Assembly: GCA_029940695.1 (NCBI GenBank)
Contig: JAPYUP010000001.1
Span: forward strand, 75,385 to 139,384
Direction: 5' to 3'
DNA: 64,000 nucleotides
Origin: Candidatus Thalassarchaeaceae archaeon
GTDB lineage: Archaea; Thermoplasmatota; Poseidoniia; Poseidoniales; Thalassarchaeaceae
Shown: positions 47,182 through 56,152 of the stretch, one piece after another
Numbering within the stretch: the first letter of the stretch is position 1
How the letters are laid out: the number at the start of each line of letters is the position of its first letter
Translations under genes and position numbers: made by a program
The notes under the pieces: model-generated
The model's database searches: none
The model's input: only the letters and a program-made list of their open reading frames with translations
Told to the model about the DNA's origin: nothing

Positions 47182-48450
47182 CTAGTGGATGGAGCCAAGG
47201 GAAATGGGGCGGGCCAGATGACGGCGGTTCGAGGCTGTCGGCTCCACCCAAGCACCAGAGACTGGAGAATGCTGGAGATCTGGGCGACGGCTCGTCCACG
47301 CCTTCTTCTCAGTACTACCGCAGGTTCTGCATCTGAGACCTTGGTTCCTTCCTGCGCTCCTCATAGTATTGGAACAGCAAATCGGCCTACTAACTATCCT
47401 TGGAGTGGGGCTGTCTAAGCATAGTTTCTCCAGGTGAATCGAACCATCGGGGGAGGTTAGTCCCATCCAACTCACGACGTCACCCGGCGACAATCTTCTC
47501 AGCAGCCTGTTGACCGGCCCGCCCTCGGAGAATGCTACCAAAGTGACAGACCTGGAGCCAGAGAATGCGACCAAGTGTGAATGCCCGCCCTTGGTCTCCT
47601 TTGGCCCGGACACAATCGTACCGGTCATCGTAGATGCGATGTGGTCGTCCGAAAGTTGGTTTGTCCTGTGTGCTGCATGTTCGGCGCATCTCTCGACGTC
47701 TCCTCTGCTCTGTAGCCATTCGTGAGCCTGGGAGACTGCTTGTGAGGTGGCACCTCTGATGCCATAGAGCACGGGGCATGGCGTCCTTGGGGCAATCATC
47801 CCTCTGCCCTTGGTGGGGTCCCTGTTGACGAAGGTCTCAGGGTGGAACTCCTCGAGCGCGGAGATGGCTCGATGAGCTACCTCTCTCCTGGTTCCGACCA
47901 AGGATGGTTCTCTCCATGCAATTAATTCCCATGAGGATGAGGGTTTTGGAATCCAGGAAATCGCAGCGCTCGCTCCCACCACCCCCCAGGACGGCATGGA
48001 TGAAAGTACAATGCAGCCATGATCGGTCACTTCTCTAAGTCGAGAATGGGCATCGACGTGCCCCCGTACCGCAGACCAATACCACTCATTAGGAGTGGAC
48101 GTGGGCGAGATAACCATGCATGGGGAGGAAGTATATTTCGTCGGAGGGAACTTCTTTGCGTCGGAAAGCAGAACCTCGAACCATTCACGGCAGATGGAAA
48201 ACAGCGCCTCGCAGTCGTCACTCATTATGTCGATTACCGCGCCCAGTGCCCCGTTGCCCCTGGTCCTCCTCTCAGCGAACGGCCAGAGTCGCACCAGCCT
48301 CCTCTCCACCACCTCAACGTCAAGATTACTTCGAATGGTACGAATGAGATTATCCATCCGCTCAGTGGTGCAACCAACTTCGGGATGATCTGTGTCGTCT
48401 AACCCAATCCTGATCAAACGGGTTGAGGGATCCTTACTCATTCCCATCAC
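47182..48450 (-). CDS. tiaS: tRNA(Ile2) 2-agmatinylcytidine synthetase TiaS
   Basis: N-terminal IRIGLDDTDHPEVGCTT matches the TiaS kinase-like domain (IGIDDTDS..GMCTT). C-terminal Zn ribbon CCSNT...CRTCG. 422 aa. Confidence 0.65.
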   Translation of the reverse strand: MMGMSKDPSTRLIRIGLDDTDHPEVGCTTERMDNLIRTIRSNLDVEVVERRLVRLWPFAERRTRGNGALGAVIDIMSDDCEALFSICREWFEVLLSDAKKFPPTKYTSSPCMVISPTSTPNEWYWSAVRGHVDAHSRLREVTDHGCIVLSSMPSWGVVGASAAISWIPKPSSSWELIAWREPSLVGTRREVAHRAISALEEFHPETFVNRDPTKGRGMIAPRTPCPVLYGIRGATSQAVSQAHEWLQSRGDVERCAEHAAHRTNQLSDDHIASTMTGTIVSGPKETKGGHSHLVAFSGSRSVTLVAFSEGGPVNRLLRRLSPGDVVSWMGLTSPDGSIHLEKLCLDSPTPRIVSRPICCSNTMRSAGRNQGLRCRTCGSTEKKAWTSRRPDLQHSPVSGAWVEPTASNRRHLARPISLGSIH

Positions 48451-49090
48451 CTAGGATGCTATCGACTACACTGGCCAGACCCAATGAAGAATCGCACCTT
48501 ATCCCCCTGACCCCGTGAGATTCAGCGGCCCCCATATCTGCATGGCGGTCCCCCACTAACACGGAAGTAGATTCGTCTGGCCGATCCAACCACTCACGAC
48601 CATAAAGGAATCGGGATTTAGACCCAGGATTCGAATTAGCAAAATCAAGCAACTGGCGACCTGCCTCAAGCATTCCTGGGTTTGGTTTGCGGGCCCATGA
48701 ACCATCCCAAGGAGCGTAGGGGCTGTAGAGGATCAGATCAAGGGCGGCGTCATCGTCCCCACTCTGTAGGATACTACGGAGTCGCCGGTGAATGCTGGCT
48801 AGATTTTCGTGTCCCCAGAGCCCGCGGCCGATTGGTGACTGGTTAGTCACCACGCAAATTCGGAATCCGGCGCGCCGCAATCTGCCTAGAGCGGTATCAG
48901 CGCCGGGAAGAAGTACTACTTCTTCGGGGGCGTTGACGTATTCCTCCGATCCAACGTTCAGCACCCCGTCCCTGTCCAAATAGGCGATTCTCCCTACCCA
49001 TTCCCGAGACGAAGGGAGTGGTGCAAGTTCGAGCGGTGCGTCGAGGGGTGAACCGTCTCTGTAGGGAGGAAGCATCTCCTCACAGCCCAT
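48434..49090 (-). CDS. gmhB: HAD-IIIA phosphatase of the GmhB (D,D-heptose 1,7-bisphosphate phosphatase)/HisB-N type
   Basis: IAYLDRDGVLN motif, then a ...VTNQ... block and a C-terminal D motif (VLVGDRHADM). 218 aa. Confidence 0.6.
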   Translation of the reverse strand: MGCEEMLPPYRDGSPLDAPLELAPLPSSREWVGRIAYLDRDGVLNVGSEEYVNAPEEVVLLPGADTALGRLRRAGFRICVVTNQSPIGRGLWGHENLASIHRRLRSILQSGDDDAALDLILYSPYAPWDGSWARKPNPGMLEAGRQLLDFANSNPGSKSRFLYGREWLDRPDESTSVLVGDRHADMGAAESHGVRGIRCDSSLGLASVVDSILGDGNE

Positions 49091-49649
49091 GATTCGACTT
49101 GATTGCCTCTTTGACGATATGGTTAATGATTAACTGGAGGTCTTCTATTCGTTCCATCGATTGAGTGGGCACTACGATAGCGACGTCAACCATGCCGGCA
49201 AGCTTGCCACCGCCCATTCCACCGTAATCACCAGTTACAGCAGCCGTCCTACAGCCATTCTCCATGGCGAATCGGATCCCATTCAGAACGTTAGGTGAGT
49301 TCCCCGAGCCACTGAACCCGACGACTAGGTCACCATCCCGCAAGAAGGTCGAGAGTTGGCCCACGAACACGTTATCATAATCGGTATCGTTGGCCCATGC
49401 AGTCAGAGAAGGGATGTTGTCCACGTGAGAAATCGTCCTTAGCGACAGTTCCTTCGACCAGTCGCCGGCGCTATGTGACGGTGTGCCCGCGCTTCCACCA
49501 TTGCCGATGAAGTGGACAGTCCCCTCTAAGTCCCGGGTGGCCTCAACGAGACTCCAGAACTTCTCGAGTGAGTCTAGGGGCATCCTACCTAGTGTGTTGA
49601 CGAGTTCATTGACATAGGACTCGGCGAAAGAGCGGAAGTCAAAGCTCAT
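49080..49649 (-). CDS. gmhA: SIS-domain sedoheptulose-7-phosphate isomerase (GmhA-like)
   Basis: GNGGSAGTPSHSAGD motif, as in the GmhA GNGGSAADAQH. 189 aa. Overlaps gmhB by 11 bp. Confidence 0.65.
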   Translation of the reverse strand: MSFDFRSFAESYVNELVNTLGRMPLDSLEKFWSLVEATRDLEGTVHFIGNGGSAGTPSHSAGDWSKELSLRTISHVDNIPSLTAWANDTDYDNVFVGQLSTFLRDGDLVVGFSGSGNSPNVLNGIRFAMENGCRTAAVTGDYGGMGGGKLAGMVDVAIVVPTQSMERIEDLQLIINHIVKEAIKSNHGL

Positions 49650-49709
49650 GGGTACCTGTTTGGGCGGGAGGGGGCATCCTATTTACGGATTGATGACAGG
49701 AACGTTCCG

Positions 49710-50693
49710 ATGGAGGACCCAATAGGGGCGGTAGTCAGCTCGCTCGCCTCTTCACTAGGCATTGCTGAGGTGACGATACAACTCATTATCGGCACCGTTG
49801 GGCTGGTGCTGCTCGGAATAGGCTTCCACCGGAGCGCGGAATCATATGCAGATCGCGCCGCCATCGCCGGATGGCCCTTGATTGGCCTGTTCTTCTACCT
49901 CTACTCTGATCACTATGTGGAGATCGCGGACCCGGTTCTGATTCTCATGACGGCTGGGGCGCTACCTGCTGGTATTGGAGTGTCACTATGGGAAGCGAAG
50001 GGCGAGACCGTTCACTCAGGAACCTTGCATTGGCTAAGGGGGTGTGTGGTGTGGTCAATGCTGCCATACTATGTCATTTACAACATTCCCCAACTCAATA
50101 TGGGCTTCGTGTACGTTACTGCACTGAGTGCAGGGTGGATGTTGGAGTTCTCTGGAATAGGGGGCTATGAGGTAGGGGGCATGATGATAGAAAGGTTTGG
50201 CGAGGCTCCCATTCCCGTCTCGGATTGGGCAGGTAACAGATGGATCCTCAGCGAACCCCTTGGGGAGATTGGTTTCTTCGTCTCGATGAACAATAGTGAG
50301 GGTGTGACCGTAGTCGCCTTCATCTTAGCGTGCTCTGCCTTGCAGTCCATGGCCGTATTCATTGGGGCGATTGTGGCTCTAAGCTCTGTTCACTGGAAGA
50401 GAAGGGTGCGAGCGCTACTCATCGCACTGCCCACTATCCACGTCCTAAACGTTTTCAGGAACGCGGGGATAGTTTGGCTTACAGACACTTACCCGAGTTG
50501 GTCCTTCTTCGGGATTGGGATGTTTGACTTTACCCACAGCTATGCCGCCAAGTTCGCTAGCCTATTCGCAATGTTTCTGATGGCAATCGCTCTGTTTGAC
50601 CTGCTGCCAGAGCTCCACAGACACATAATGAAAGTGTTGAACCCATTGATGGTTGCTTTGGGATCCAAACCAGCTTCATCAGACCATCCGTGA
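49710..50693 (+). CDS. Archaeosortase/exosortase-family polytopic membrane protein
   Basis: Multiple TM helices. LACSALQS matches the exosortase ACSG(L/I)RS Cys motif. HVLNVFRNAG supplies the conserved Asn/Arg. 327 aa. Confidence 0.5.
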   Translation: MEDPIGAVVSSLASSLGIAEVTIQLIIGTVGLVLLGIGFHRSAESYADRAAIAGWPLIGLFFYLYSDHYVEIADPVLILMTAGALPAGIGVSLWEAKGETVHSGTLHWLRGCVVWSMLPYYVIYNIPQLNMGFVYVTALSAGWMLEFSGIGGYEVGGMMIERFGEAPIPVSDWAGNRWILSEPLGEIGFFVSMNNSEGVTVVAFILACSALQSMAVFIGAIVALSSVHWKRRVRALLIALPTIHVLNVFRNAGIVWLTDTYPSWSFFGIGMFDFTHSYAAKFASLFAMFLMAIALFDLLPELHRHIMKVLNPLMVALGSKPASSDHP

Positions 50694-53600
50694 TCTGATT
50701 CTCTCGTATAGCTTGCCAGTCAGCGGCATGTCATGCTCCCAAGCGAATTCCTTCATCACCCGCACGGCCTCCTTCTCGAGGTCGGAATCACCCACGAAAT
50801 CTGTGATTTCTATCGTGTCTTTCCTCGTGTTTGCCTTGAAAGCAGCGATTGGCTCCTCCTTGTGAAACACGAGGTAGGCTGAGCCGTAGCCGAACCGCTC
50901 CCTGAGCACACTCCCAAAGTAGTGAATCAGCGGGTCTGAAGGTGGAATGACAAGGTCCCTCGATCTAGAGATGGTGTCTAGGCCCTCGAGCATGTCCTGG
51001 CGCCCCCAGCAGATGTCCTGCAGGTCATCGACTAGGAACCCCTTGATCAGTGTACCATCCTCCTCGAACTCGTGCATCACGTCACTGATTTCCTCTGGGG
51101 AGAACGAAGAACCTGCCAAACGCTCTAATTGCTTCAGCGTGATGACAGGGTAGTTTTGGACTAGTTCCCTGAGATAGTCTCTCTTGATTCCCCACAAGTC
51201 AGCGTTCGATATCGGTTCGACGGTCTTGAAACCGCCCCTGTAGTCTTGAATCAGGTGACCGCTCCTGACTAGGGGCGATACGAGTTTGCGGAAGTTGGAT
51301 CTACTCATGGCATTGCGTTCCATGTAGACATCGGGGTCATTGTGCTCTCTGAAGAACTGTAGAATCTCCTCATCCTCGGCCTCGATAGGTACGTTCCTGA
51401 TGGTTAGCAGATTCTGGAAGTGTCGATATCGAGCCCAAACCAGGTGTCCTCTGAGGTTGGAGCCCTGGTGCAACTGGTGCGCAGCGACCATCGAACTCAG
51501 GTTGACTCTGAACATCTCACAACGGCCCCTTAGGGAGAAGTCGTCACGAAGCTCGCTGGTGTTCTCCAATGCTATTGTCTCGTTTTCCCACCTGCTATCC
51601 TGATGTAGCGAATGGTGAAGGAATAGCATTCTATTGACTTGCTTCCTTGTTCTAGGCGCAACCACACCGCCCCTGATATACCTCTCACCATCACCCATCG
51701 AGACGAAACCGAGATTGGAGAGGATTAACTGGATGTTTTCGTCGCAGTCGTGAACGGGAACGCCGTTGAAGGCATGCAGAACTGAGACATCGACCAAGCG
51801 ATCACGATAGTTCTCGAGCAGCTCCTCGAAAGCGGTCTTGAAATCGTCTAGGTAGGAGTGGGGGATGTTGATGTCCTTGATCTCCAGGTAGTCGTTGACT
51901 ACGAACATCAAGATTCTACCAATTGGATCCACCCCCTTGAAGACCGGGTAGTACCATCCTTGTTTGAGCAGGAGGCGAATCTCCTGGATGAATCTGCTAC
52001 TGAACGGATCGGACTGGGACAGGATTCTCATCTTCCTGTCTTCAGGAAGGGGGGACAGTAGGCGTTCGGCGTCCTCAGGCGATGCGTAGTAGTCCGTTGG
52101 GTCAGGTTGGAGTGTTACAACTCTAGCTATCGTCCCCTCCCTCTCCAGTTCCCTCAGAGCATCGGCCAACTCCTCGACGGGACGGGCCACGAAGAAGCGC
52201 AGGGTATGAATCCGCACCGGTCCGATACGTGCAATGAGATGTGACAAGGCCTCATGGAATGGCAATGGTTCGATTCGGCCGTGCAAGCGTCTGAAAATGG
52301 CCATTGAGCGTTTCCTGTTCGGTATGTCGATGTACTGCTTGACGACTGCCAGTTGACGCTCCAGATTGGAAAGGGCTGACTTAAGGCTCCTCTGGACGTG
52401 GGCGTTTTCCTTCCCCCTAGGATAGTCTGCGAACAACTCCGAGCGTGAAGTTCCCTCCTCGGTTATCTTGTCGAGGAGTTCTTCCTCAAGTGGACCTAGC
52501 CACGGATCGCTCCTTAGCCCGAGAAGCATTGGAAGTTGATTGCCGAGTGTGTAGCCAACGCGGTTGTGTAGAAGCCTGCCGTTGAAGATGTCCGAGTCGT
52601 GCTTGATGTCCTTCCAGTCACGGAATCGGAAGTTTGTCACTCTGTGCAGCAACTCCTCCCTTCGTTGGACGAGGGCAAGATTCCGAATTGCGTCTACGGG
52701 TTCGTCGAAGGTCGCGAATGATTTGTGGAGAATGAGGGTCTGGAGAGTCCGATAGTCGATGACATTGACTTGGCCGCCAGTAATTCGGTACTCATCGACC
52801 CTGAGAATGAACTCGCCCTCGTCAGTCTGAGTGAAGAAGCCGATTGAGGCTAGGTTGCGCATCTCAAGCTCTTGCAACACGGCATCTACTTGAGCTGAGG
52901 GGAAGGGGAGCCTCAAACTGAGGGCCTCGGCGGTTTGCGGGCCCTCAGAGCCAAGCATGTCGAGCAGCTTGAGGCGTAGGCAATCCATTGGGTCAGAGAG
53001 GGATTTCTTCCTCCAGCTGGAGGGATTCCCACCAACAAAAGACATCCCCATCTCGTAGCTCAGGCCCCCGGTGTAGAGCGCTCTCAAGTCATCCATCTCC
53101 GTGGCTCCAGCAATCGCTAAGCATCCCAGCGTCCCATGGACCTCGGCCATTCTCATCGAGAACCACTTGTCATCGATCTTCTCGTGGCCTGTGCCGCGAA
53201 CCTTGGTAATCAGTTCGCGTTCGGCGAGCTCATGAACCCAACCACGAAGCGTATCGTGATCTATTGCCTTTAGCTTCTCGCTGTACAGTGGGTGCGTTAG
53301 CTTGCTCTCCAGACCGCCGCCCATGTCCATGAGTCTGAGGAGTTCGTTGGCATTGGTCGGTACTACAACCTTGGACTGGTAGTAATCCCACAATCGGGCC
53401 TCGTCCAGATCGGTAGCAAGGGAACGCGCGCCGAGAAGGCGACGTAGGATTTCAGGATCTACGTCCTTGATTAAGTAAGCACGTGTCCTGAGAGAGAGCA
53501 AGTCCTCGAATGAGGACATGAAGAGAGTCATTCCCAGTGGAGAGGGTATCTTGACCCTGCGGTGAACGATTCGGACGTCCTCGCTGTCCATCCTGTTGAT

Positions 53601-55976
53601 GAAATCCTTGAGTTGCCCCATGTCCAGATCAATGGTGAGTATCTCGCTCATCGCCTCCCTGACAATCACGGAGTTCTCCATCTGCCTATGCCGATGCAGA
53701 ATCTGCTCGGCCTTCTGCTGGAATTGCTTGGGGCTCACCTCCTCAGCACCTATTCTCCGAGGGTTCAGCATGCTTCTGGATGCGACCTCCCTGAATCGCT
53801 TCGCGAAGAGTTGGGATTCGAGGAGGTACTGCTGCAGTGACTCCCCGCTACTTCTGCCACTGAATACATTGGGGATGGCAGAGATCTCCACCTCGTGGCT
53901 AAGCTTGGCCATGAATCCGTTCTCATCGAAAGAGAGCTCGTGAACGGCGATGTTGTCCCTAGCCGCGAAGCCAGCGAACAGGTATCCAAGCGCGAGATTG
54001 AACGCACGGCCCCTACATGTCGTCACTACGTAGGTTGGTAGTGGTGCGGCGATCTGCTCGACCAGTATCCTGTCCTTTGAGGGTACTTGGAACGTCGTCG
54101 CAGAGTGCTCATCGAGGAACTGTGTTAGTGCGTTGGCAACAGGTCTGTTCAGACCTAGAACGTCGACCAAGAAGGGCGTAATGCTCTTCCCTATTCGAAA
54201 TTGAACGGCGACGAGCGCAAGAAGTTCGAGGACCTCCTTGCTGAGCTCATTGGTGCGACTCATCGCCTCCCCGGTCCAAGATGGGATTGTGGGCCGGTAA
54301 CCCGTGGCGGATGTGACGTTGACTCTGGTTCCAATTACGCTTGAGACACGGTAGGTTGATCCACCCAGCAGGAAGACATCCCCGTTCCTTAGACTCGAAA
54401 CGAAAGAGGATGATAGCTGTCCGACTAGGGTGCCGTCTGATGTGAAGACGAGAAAGTTGTTGTCTGGGGCTATGGTTCCAATGTTGGTATAGTAGATCAT
54501 CTGGGCAAATCCCCTCTTGCCGAAACGGTTCTCCTCCCAGTCTACCCACATCCTCCTCTCGTCATCCAGAAGATCCAGCACCTCGATGTAGTCGTCATAA
54601 GGCAACGACTTGTACGGCCAAGATGCGGAGACTAACTCGTACGCCTCGTCGATGTCCCATTCTCGGATGATCGTCAGGCCGATCAAAAACTGGGCTAATA
54701 CATCCAAGCAGTTCTCTGGGAACTTCAGCAGGTCCATATTCCCTGCTAGGATGCCATTCTGAAGCGCTACTAGCTCGAGGAGGTCATGTGGGGATGTGGG
54801 CAAGAACCGCGCTCTTGGCAGACCATCGACTTGATGTCCGGCTCGGCCAATCCTTTGCACGGCCGTGGCAATCGACCCGGGAGAACCCACCTGAATGACT
54901 AGGTCCACCGAGCCGATGTCAATTCCCAGCTCCAGACTGGATGAGGACACGACGCATCTGAGTAGGCCGTCCTTCAGTTTTTGTTCGACATCCACCCTGA
55001 TTGTCTTGTCCATAGAACCGTGATGTCCCTCTACTCCAAGGAGCCCAGCAACCTTCAGACGCTGGACAAAGGTCTCTGTCATGTTCCTCGTGTTCACGAA
55101 CACGAGTGTCGTAGTATGAGCCTCGACGAGTTCCTTGATGCGCTCGATATTGTGGTCGAGGATCTCCTTGACGGGAATTGATGTGAAGCGAGGAGTTGGA
55201 AGCAGAATATCTAGATCCAGTTCTCTAGATCCAGAGATCTTCGCAATCGAAATTCGTTGAGGCTCCAGATTGCTCTCCCGAGGATCGCTTGCCACGAGAA
55301 ACTCAGCCACCTTATCCAGTGGCTCCATTGTAGCGCTGATGCCGATTCTCTGGACCTCTGATTCAACCACTGAGTCCATCAGTGCTAAGCTGAGTGAGAG
55401 GTGCGTACCCCTCTTTGTTGGGACGAGGGAGTGCATCTCATCTACGATGAGCCATCTCAGGTCATTCAGAAGCGGTCTGAACCTCTTGGATGCCAGCAAC
55501 AGTCCAAGTGATTCGGGAGTAGTAATAAGGATGTGAGGGGGTTTCCTCAGCATCCTCTGCCGCTCCTTCTGAGGGGTGTCCCCTGTCCTGAGCCCGACCT
55601 TGATGTCCTGTGCCCTACTAGGTAAGAATCGCTCCTTGATTTCGTTAAGAGGTCCGATTAAATTCTTCTGTATGTCATTGGCGAGAGCCTTGATTGGAGA
55701 GATGTAGATGCATTGGATTGTGTCGGGAAGGGAGCCGTCCAGTGACCTCCTGACTAGATTGTCAATGATGGAGAGGAAGGCAGTCAGAGTCTTACCAGAG
55801 CCGGTGGGAGAGCATAGCAGTAGGTGTTCGCCGTCCAGAATCTTTGGTATTGCGCTCTTCTGAGGGTCAGTGAAGTCATCGAACTTGTCCAAGAACCAGT
55901 TTCTAACAGGTGGGGAGAGTCGACTGAGGATTTCGTCCCCATCCGATAACTCAGTTACATACGTAATTTCTGGCAT
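50679..55976 (-). CDS. lhr: Lhr-family large ATP-dependent helicase of full bacterial-type length, with a C-terminal extension (1765 aa)
   Basis: N-terminal P..VR.WF..F...T..Q, Walker A SPTGSGKTLTAFL, ISPIKALANDIQKNL, LRTGDTPQKER, ILITTPESL, DEMH, RCVVSSSSLELGIDIGSVDLVIQVGSP, and QRIGRAGHQ. All are Lhr-core hallmarks, followed by about 900 aa of C-terminal domain. Confidence 0.85.
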   Translation of the reverse strand: MPEITYVTELSDGDEILSRLSPPVRNWFLDKFDDFTDPQKSAIPKILDGEHLLLCSPTGSGKTLTAFLSIIDNLVRRSLDGSLPDTIQCIYISPIKALANDIQKNLIGPLNEIKERFLPSRAQDIKVGLRTGDTPQKERQRMLRKPPHILITTPESLGLLLASKRFRPLLNDLRWLIVDEMHSLVPTKRGTHLSLSLALMDSVVESEVQRIGISATMEPLDKVAEFLVASDPRESNLEPQRISIAKISGSRELDLDILLPTPRFTSIPVKEILDHNIERIKELVEAHTTTLVFVNTRNMTETFVQRLKVAGLLGVEGHHGSMDKTIRVDVEQKLKDGLLRCVVSSSSLELGIDIGSVDLVIQVGSPGSIATAVQRIGRAGHQVDGLPRARFLPTSPHDLLELVALQNGILAGNMDLLKFPENCLDVLAQFLIGLTIIREWDIDEAYELVSASWPYKSLPYDDYIEVLDLLDDERRMWVDWEENRFGKRGFAQMIYYTNIGTIAPDNNFLVFTSDGTLVGQLSSSFVSSLRNGDVFLLGGSTYRVSSVIGTRVNVTSATGYRPTIPSWTGEAMSRTNELSKEVLELLALVAVQFRIGKSITPFLVDVLGLNRPVANALTQFLDEHSATTFQVPSKDRILVEQIAAPLPTYVVTTCRGRAFNLALGYLFAGFAARDNIAVHELSFDENGFMAKLSHEVEISAIPNVFSGRSSGESLQQYLLESQLFAKRFREVASRSMLNPRRIGAEEVSPKQFQQKAEQILHRHRQMENSVIVREAMSEILTIDLDMGQLKDFINRMDSEDVRIVHRRVKIPSPLGMTLFMSSFEDLLSLRTRAYLIKDVDPEILRRLLGARSLATDLDEARLWDYYQSKVVVPTNANELLRLMDMGGGLESKLTHPLYSEKLKAIDHDTLRGWVHELAERELITKVRGTGHEKIDDKWFSMRMAEVHGTLGCLAIAGATEMDDLRALYTGGLSYEMGMSFVGGNPSSWRKKSLSDPMDCLRLKLLDMLGSEGPQTAEALSLRLPFPSAQVDAVLQELEMRNLASIGFFTQTDEGEFILRVDEYRITGGQVNVIDYRTLQTLILHKSFATFDEPVDAIRNLALVQRREELLHRVTNFRFRDWKDIKHDSDIFNGRLLHNRVGYTLGNQLPMLLGLRSDPWLGPLEEELLDKITEEGTSRSELFADYPRGKENAHVQRSLKSALSNLERQLAVVKQYIDIPNRKRSMAIFRRLHGRIEPLPFHEALSHLIARIGPVRIHTLRFFVARPVEELADALRELEREGTIARVVTLQPDPTDYYASPEDAERLLSPLPEDRKMRILSQSDPFSSRFIQEIRLLLKQGWYYPVFKGVDPIGRILMFVVNDYLEIKDINIPHSYLDDFKTAFEELLENYRDRLVDVSVLHAFNGVPVHDCDENIQLILSNLGFVSMGDGERYIRGGVVAPRTRKQVNRMLFLHHSLHQDSRWENETIALENTSELRDDFSLRGRCEMFRVNLSSMVAAHQLHQGSNLRGHLVWARYRHFQNLLTIRNVPIEAEDEEILQFFREHNDPDVYMERNAMSRSNFRKLVSPLVRSGHLIQDYRGGFKTVEPISNADLWGIKRDYLRELVQNYPVITLKQLERLAGSSFSPEEISDVMHEFEEDGTLIKGFLVDDLQDICWGRQDMLEGLDTISRSRDLVIPPSDPLIHYFGSVLRERFGYGSAYLVFHKEEPIAAFKANTRKDTIEITDFVGDSDLEKEAVRVMKEFAWEHDMPLTGKLYERIRSRMV

Positions 55977-56152
55977 TTTTCACGCGCACCTTCGCGAAGC
56001 AGGGAATTGGGGCCGTACATGAATGCTTCTCTGGTGCGGCTCGTATAACACCTGTAACAGCGTCGCGCAAATCGGGCTCGTATCGCAATGGGACGTATTT
56101 CTTAGGAACCCTAGGATGGCTTGAAAACCATGATGCGAGGTCGATAGCCACC

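Noticed and set aside
50679-55976. The 1765-aa ORF as an assembly chimera of two helicase genes.
   Set aside because: It is a single continuous frame with one set of helicase motifs at the N-terminus, followed by a long non-repetitive C-terminal region, as expected for Lhr core plus CTD. Nothing in the sequence suggests a junction artefact.
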